Source of the DNA: an uncultured bacterium
GTDB lineage: Bacteria; Schekmanbacteria; GWA2-38-11; J061
Reading direction: 5' to 3'
Length of the DNA: 12,624 nucleotides
NCBI GenBank assembly: GCA_964549305.1
Contig: CAZJVM010000069.1
Span: 1 to 12,624 of the forward strand
Below the pieces are notes generated by a model that saw only the letters and a list, made by a program, of their open reading frames with translations, was not told the origin of the DNA and did not search any database. Below, in pieces: positions 8,540 to 12,624 of this stretch (positions are counted from its first letter, which is position 1; every line of letters starts with the position of its first letter). The translations under genes and the position numbers were made by a program.

Positions 8540-8785
8540 TCAGGAGAAAACTGTGCACAGTATGTCAATTCGCAAAGATGCAGGGCCTTCTCCTTCAGCC
8601 TGCATTAATATCTGTTTCCTGACTTCTGCCGCATCAAGAGGACAAGCACCTGTTTCAGGTGTGAGCAAGAAGTTTTAACTTTGACTTGCCCGACACACAC
8701 TTAAACACCGCATGGTAGGAAATTGCAAGATATTTTTTACAGACTGAAACCCTGAATATTTACCCGTTGACATATGTTCTTCCAT
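8540..8785 (-). pseudogene. Possible decayed ferredoxin remnant
   Basis: Frame from ATG 8785 reads ...MRCLSVCRASQS, stop at 8675-8677, then NFLLTPETGACPLDAAEVRKQ. This echoes RKCLEVCPQA and KACPLKAIKVKKR of the adjacent ferredoxin. The similarity is short and could be chance. Confidence 0.3.
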
Positions 8786-8829
8786 ACCACTTTACCCGCC
8801 AATGGTAACATCAATCCGAAAAATTAATA

Positions 8830-9117
8830 TCAACCGAACTTTCCGTGAGAAATATGCCCCGATTTAATCTCGACACCTTCTCTCTTTTTGACCTTGATTG
8901 CCTTCAGAGGGCATGCCTTTACGCACTCCATACACCCGGAGCAACTTGGCCAGTACCAGGGGTCAAGATGCCAATCGTCGTCCGAGGCAAGTTTGTATTT
9001 TTCAATTCTTCCAACGTGAAGTTTGAAAACCGCCTGTGGACAAACTTCAAGGCACTTCCTGCATTTTGCCGGAGCCGTGCATTTCTCTTTGTCAATTATT
9101 ATTTCCATCCCTGCCAT
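8830..9117 (-). CDS. 2[4Fe-4S] ferredoxin with C-x5-C-x2-C-x3-CP first motif
   Basis: CTAPAKCRKCLEVCP and CSGCMECVKACP. AAGGAG RBS upstream. Confidence 0.9.
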   Translation of the reverse strand: MAGMEIIIDKEKCTAPAKCRKCLEVCPQAVFKLHVGRIEKYKLASDDDWHLDPWYWPSCSGCMECVKACPLKAIKVKKREGVEIKSGHISHGKFG

Positions 9118-9140
9118 ATTACCTTCTCCTTATTAAAAAA

Positions 9141-10190
9141 TTACCACATATCCGCTATACCGGGTGTCCTTCTTCTTTCAACCAGAGTAATAGCGCTGTT
9201 GGGGCAATGTTTTTCACACTGTCCGCATCCGAAACATCTCTTCATATCTATTGCTACCTTGTTTCGTGAGAGATTCATGCTCATTGCGCCAAACTGGCAG
9301 TATTTGAGGCAATATCCGCAACCCGTACAGTTTTCGAGTACCGGTTTTGCACAATACTCACCTTTAAGTACGATTGAATCGACACCGTAGTCTATTCTTC
9401 CTCTTATACCCTGACATACGGGGTATTCACAGTTACATATTCCGCCTATATAGGGAACATTGAAAGTCCAGAGTGAGTGAACATACCCTTTCTTATTGAA
9501 ATGCAGAAGCATATCTTTCGCTTCTTTAACACTCAGAAATGAAAGCCCTCTGAATGTTTCGGGCCATCTTTCCCACTTGTAAATTCCCACGCCGAGGGAC
9601 ATACAGAAGTTTGCTTCACCTTTACGCATCATACCGCGTGTTTCCCTGCGACAAATGCACTGCATAAGGCCGATAGGATATGTAAGCTCGACCATTTTCA
9701 AAACTTCTTCAAGCGTAATAACCTGCCCGAAATGATAATCGCCCATAAAGCCTGCCACTTTTCTCTTGAGGTCGGGTTTTTTCGTTACATCAACGCCTGT
9801 TGCATCGACTACTTCTTTAAGGAGGTCAGTGAACATAATGTCAAGGTCAACGGGCGCACCATCGGGAATCTTTACTTTCCCCTCTTCGTCCTCATAATAC
9901 TGGAAATGGCTTCTTGTTTCCTGGATTACCGGTTGTGCCTGAGTGTCTTCGATAATTGTTGGAGGTTTCGGGCCTGATGAAGGTTTATCCATTTGACCGG
10001 TTTCAGGATTGATTTTGAACGCCTCGCTTCCCATATGCTGGGTGAATTTCATCTTCTTTGCCTGCTCTGAAAGCTCTTTTGCTTCTTTGGCTGTCCTGTT
10101 TCTTCTGCTTGAATACATCTTTGCGGCAAAATTGGCGGCATTTTCAAACCACTTTCCGCCGTCACCGTGTTGTGTGCAAAAATGACACAT
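9141..10190 (-). CDS. Uncharacterised Cys-rich Fe-S protein (MCxxCxxHG N-terminus, C-terminal 2[4Fe-4S] domain); paralog of 7560..8486
   Basis: AGGAGG RBS. Motifs MCHFCTQHG, HFGQV, CICR, GGICNCEYPVC, CTGCGYCLKYC and CFGCGQCEKHCP. Confidence 0.85.
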   Translation of the reverse strand: MCHFCTQHGDGGKWFENAANFAAKMYSSRRNRTAKEAKELSEQAKKMKFTQHMGSEAFKINPETGQMDKPSSGPKPPTIIEDTQAQPVIQETRSHFQYYEDEEGKVKIPDGAPVDLDIMFTDLLKEVVDATGVDVTKKPDLKRKVAGFMGDYHFGQVITLEEVLKMVELTYPIGLMQCICRRETRGMMRKGEANFCMSLGVGIYKWERWPETFRGLSFLSVKEAKDMLLHFNKKGYVHSLWTFNVPYIGGICNCEYPVCQGIRGRIDYGVDSIVLKGEYCAKPVLENCTGCGYCLKYCQFGAMSMNLSRNKVAIDMKRCFGCGQCEKHCPNSAITLVERRRTPGIADMW

Positions 10191-10240
10191 TTTCCGCCTC
10201 CTTTTTAAAAATAAAAAAAATCTGATTAATCATATTCTAC

Positions 10241-10285
10241 CAAACGGTTGTTTGAATTATTAATTTATATTCGCAAAAAAGTCAA
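10241..10285 (-). promoter_or_regulatory. Putative sigma70-type promoter with palindromic operator over the predicted transcription start
   Basis: TTGACT (10285-10280), 17-nt spacer, TAATAA (10262-10257; imperfect -10). Immediately downstream is CAAAC-N4-GTTTG (10241-10254). Confidence 0.5.
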
Positions 10286-10327
10286 ATATTTTTTTAATTT
10301 TTGAATTAAGTAAATAATAACTAACTG

Positions 10328-10357
10328 ATTATAAAGACTATTTACAAATAATTACAA
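10328..10357 (-). promoter_or_regulatory. Second candidate sigma70-type promoter
   Basis: TTGTAA (10357-10352), 18-nt spacer, TATAAT (10333-10328). The region is very AT-rich, so a chance match is possible. Confidence 0.35.
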
Positions 10358-10376
10358 AGATATGGGATATGATTTC

Positions 10377-10826
10377 CTAAATTCCGAAACCCCGCTTTTT
10401 CAACTCCTTATAAGCGTTGTTTATTTCTATAATCTTCTCGTGGGCAAGTTTCTGAAGGTCATCGCCGAGATGAGATACTTTGTCGGGATGATACTTTGCA
10501 AGCAAGTCCCTGTACGCTTTTTTTATCTCTTCCTCACCTGCCCCTTTTTTAATATTTAAGATATCATAAGGGTCAAATGATTTATCGGCGCCGGTTTTTT
10601 GACTGTTTTGCGAATTTCTGCCGTTTCCGTATCCACTGCTCCGGGCATTGCCGGCATTAAATTGCCCCCTGCCGTATTTCTTCTTCATCCACCATAAAAG
10701 AAGAACGGGGAAAATAATGTCGTCGATTCTTCCGGCAAAGGGAATCACGTCGGGAAGGACATCAAAAGGGAAAACCATATATATGAGCGCGACTACCACA
10801 AATACAATCCATAAAATCTGCGACAT
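10377..10826 (-). CDS. Membrane-anchored DUF1232 (YkvA-like) plus C-terminal J-domain protein (DjlA-like co-chaperone)
   Basis: Hydrophobic N-terminus with YMVFPFDVLPDVIPFAGRIDD (DUF1232 pattern), a G/N/S-rich linker, and J domain DPYDILNI...IKKAYRDLLAKYHPDK...EINNAY with intact HPD. Confidence 0.88.
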   Translation of the reverse strand: MSQILWIVFVVVALIYMVFPFDVLPDVIPFAGRIDDIIFPVLLLWWMKKKYGRGQFNAGNARSSGYGNGRNSQNSQKTGADKSFDPYDILNIKKGAGEEEIKKAYRDLLAKYHPDKVSHLGDDLQKLAHEKIIEINNAYKELKKRGFGI

Positions 10827-10838
10827 AAAATTACACCT

Positions 10839-11339
10839 TTATAAAACGAGGTCTTTGTGATTTTTAATATAGGATGCAAGTCCGCCTTCTGACAGAATTT
10901 TCATCATAGTCCCGGGCAGAGGAGGAAATAAAAACTTTTCGTTCGTATCAATATTAAGCAGCTCGCCTTTTACAGTATCAATCTCAAGCGTGTCGCCTTC
11001 ACTGATATTGTCAGTGTTCACAATTATTGCAGGAAGCCCCACATTAATACAGTTGCGGTAAAAAATGCGGGCAAAACTCGTTGCCACAACTGCGCCGACT
11101 CCCGCCATTTTGATAATCGTAGGTGCATGCTCACGGCTTGACCCCTGACCAAAGTTTATTCCTGCAACGACAATGTCACCCTTTGAAATGTTCTCATAAA
11201 ATCCGGGCTTCGCATCTTCAAGCACGTGCTTTGTAAGTTCTGGAAGATTCGAGCGCAGATGAAAAAGACGTCCCGGTGCAATGAGGTCCGTGCTGATGTC
11301 GTCTCCGAATTTCCAGCTTTTTCCTTTTATAATATTCAT
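10839..11339 (-). CDS. leuD: 3-isopropylmalate dehydratase / homoaconitase small subunit (LeuD type 2)
   Basis: WKFGDDISTDLIAPG, VAGINFGQGSSREHA and SFARIFYRNCINVGLP. ATG at 11339 is preferred over the track's GTG at 11351 because AGGTGA then sits at RBS distance. Confidence 0.92.
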   Translation of the reverse strand: MNIIKGKSWKFGDDISTDLIAPGRLFHLRSNLPELTKHVLEDAKPGFYENISKGDIVVAGINFGQGSSREHAPTIIKMAGVGAVVATSFARIFYRNCINVGLPAIIVNTDNISEGDTLEIDTVKGELLNIDTNEKFLFPPLPGTMMKILSEGGLASYIKNHKDLVL

Positions 11340-11356
11340 AACATTCTTCACCTGTA

Positions 11357-12610
11357 TTATAAAAACTCACGAGGGTCTGAAATCTTCCCCTTTAACGCCG
11401 TAGCCGCAGCAACTGCCGGAGTGCCGAGATAGATAAATGAATCGGGGTTGCCCATTCTTCCCTTAAAATTTCTCGGTTGCGTGGCAAGGCAGTTCTCTCC
11501 ATCTGCAAGGATTCCTTCGTGTACTCCCACACAGGCACCGCATCCGGGTGCCGTAACCACTGCACCTGCCTTGACGAATATTTCAAGCAGGCCTTCTTTC
11601 ATTGCATTGAGATAATTGCTCCGTGAAGAAGGCGTAACAATCATCCTGAGACTGCTGTTTATCTTTCTGCCTTTGAGAATTCCCGCGGCAATCCTCAAAT
11701 CTTCAAGGCGTCCGTTACACGATGTGCCGAGAAAAACCTGATGCACCGGAACATCACCTACTTCACCGATTGGTTTTGTATTATGAACAAGATGAGGGCA
11801 GGCGATTGTTGGTTCAAGTTTACTGCCGTCAATCTCAATGATTTTCTCATAAACAGCATCTTTATCAGGAGATATTTCTCTGAAATCTGATTCTCTTCCC
11901 CATAACTTCAGGAAATCCCTTGTTTTCTCATCAGCAGGGAACATTCCTGTCTTTGCGCCTGCCTCAACGGACATATTCGATATCGTTGAGCGTGCATCTA
12001 CACTCAGGTTTTTAATAACCTCGCCGTGAAACTCAAATGCCTTGTATGTAGCACCACTGCTTGAAATCATTCCTATCAGATGAAGTATTATATCCTTTGA
12101 AAAAACACCTTTCTGGAGTTTCCCGTTAACGACAATCCTGAATGACTCCGGCACTCTCATCCAGGTCTTGCCCAACGCAATAGCGACTCCGATATCCGTT
12201 GACCCCATTCCTGTTGCAAAAGCCCCCACTGCCCCTCCGGTACAGGTATGGGAATCAGCGCCTACAATCAGTCTTCCCGGTGATGCGTATTGCTCGAGGA
12301 CAACGTGATGCGAGATTCCGTTGCCGATGTCAGAGAGACGTATGCCTGTTTTAGAGGCAAATTCACGAAGCGTTTTATGGTCATTGGAAAGTTCCTGCCT
12401 CGGGCTTGGAGATGCGTGGTCAAGAAAGAAAATGGAATGTTCCGGGTTATGGGCTTTTTCAAGCCCCATATCTATCATCTGCCTTACGGCGAGAGGTCCC
12501 GTTCCGTCCTGAACATAACTTAAATCAACATTTACGACTGCAATGTCCCCTGCGCGCAAATCCTTCCCCGCGTGCTCGCTGAGAATCTTTTCAGCCATAG
12601 TTTTGCCCAT
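11357..12610 (-). CDS. leuC: 3-isopropylmalate dehydratase / homoaconitase large subunit (LeuC type 2)
   Basis: KTMAEKIL, DH, VGADSHTCTGGA, TISNMSVEAGAK, FLGTSCNGRLEDLR, PGCGACVG and RNFKGRMG. ATG at 12610 has GGAG 7 nt upstream; the track start at 12616 is too close to the RBS. Confidence 0.95.
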   Translation of the reverse strand: MGKTMAEKILSEHAGKDLRAGDIAVVNVDLSYVQDGTGPLAVRQMIDMGLEKAHNPEHSIFFLDHASPSPRQELSNDHKTLREFASKTGIRLSDIGNGISHHVVLEQYASPGRLIVGADSHTCTGGAVGAFATGMGSTDIGVAIALGKTWMRVPESFRIVVNGKLQKGVFSKDIILHLIGMISSSGATYKAFEFHGEVIKNLSVDARSTISNMSVEAGAKTGMFPADEKTRDFLKLWGRESDFREISPDKDAVYEKIIEIDGSKLEPTIACPHLVHNTKPIGEVGDVPVHQVFLGTSCNGRLEDLRIAAGILKGRKINSSLRMIVTPSSRSNYLNAMKEGLLEIFVKAGAVVTAPGCGACVGVHEGILADGENCLATQPRNFKGRMGNPDSFIYLGTPAVAAATALKGKISDPREFL

Positions 12611-12624
12611 AGACATTCTCCGTA

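Noticed and set aside
8487-8829. Cobalamin or c-di-GMP riboswitch (AAGTCAGGAAAC resembles part of the B12 box)
   Set aside because: The core elements (GGGAA...CCCGCCACTGT for cobalamin; GGCAAAC...GGACGCAAAG for c-di-GMP-I) are absent.
4520-8832. Selenocysteine read-through at TGA stops (4520-4522, 8830-8832)
   Set aside because: Neither TGA falls at a conserved Cys position. The ferredoxin TGA is followed by TAA two codons later, and the 185-aa protein ends where its paralog ends.
1817-12523. All other plus-strand ORFs and nested short minus-strand ORFs (e.g. 1817..2254, 3807..4142, 8463..8678, 8845..9390)
   Set aside because: Nearly all are shadows of well-supported minus-strand genes. 8463..8678 is mostly intergenic but has no recognisable motif.
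1-12624. CRISPR array, tRNA/rRNA, transposase, integrase, phage or defence genes
   Set aside because: No regularly spaced repeats, RNA-gene signatures or matching protein motifs were seen by eye.

Overview
Bacterial DNA with strong GGAG/AGGAG Shine-Dalgarno sites, probably from an anaerobe. All credible genes are on the minus strand. In transcription order (right to left) the window starts with a housekeeping block: leuC and leuD (type 2, homoaconitase-like family), then a DUF1232 plus J-domain membrane co-chaperone. An AT-rich promoter region with a TetR-like palindrome follows, then a ~10 kb redox cluster I cannot match to a named pathway, built largely from paralog pairs. The cluster has two uncharacterised MCxxCxxHG Fe-S proteins. 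The first is followed by a stand-alone ferredoxin, the second by a GltD/NfnB-family NADP(H) flavoprotein carrying a homologous ferredoxin fused at its N-terminus. Next come two paralogous ~185-aa four-Cys proteins (V4R/ATC-hydrolase-like), then a triad of FAD-binding oxidoreductase, CCG-domain Fe-S protein and VAO/PCMH-like flavoprotein. That last gene (1466 to the left edge) is missing from the ORF track because it runs off the window. Intergenic regions hold a strong terminator, a possible decayed ferredoxin or structured RNA, and a degenerate inverted-repeat element. Family assignments come from motif recognition only; no database searches were run.
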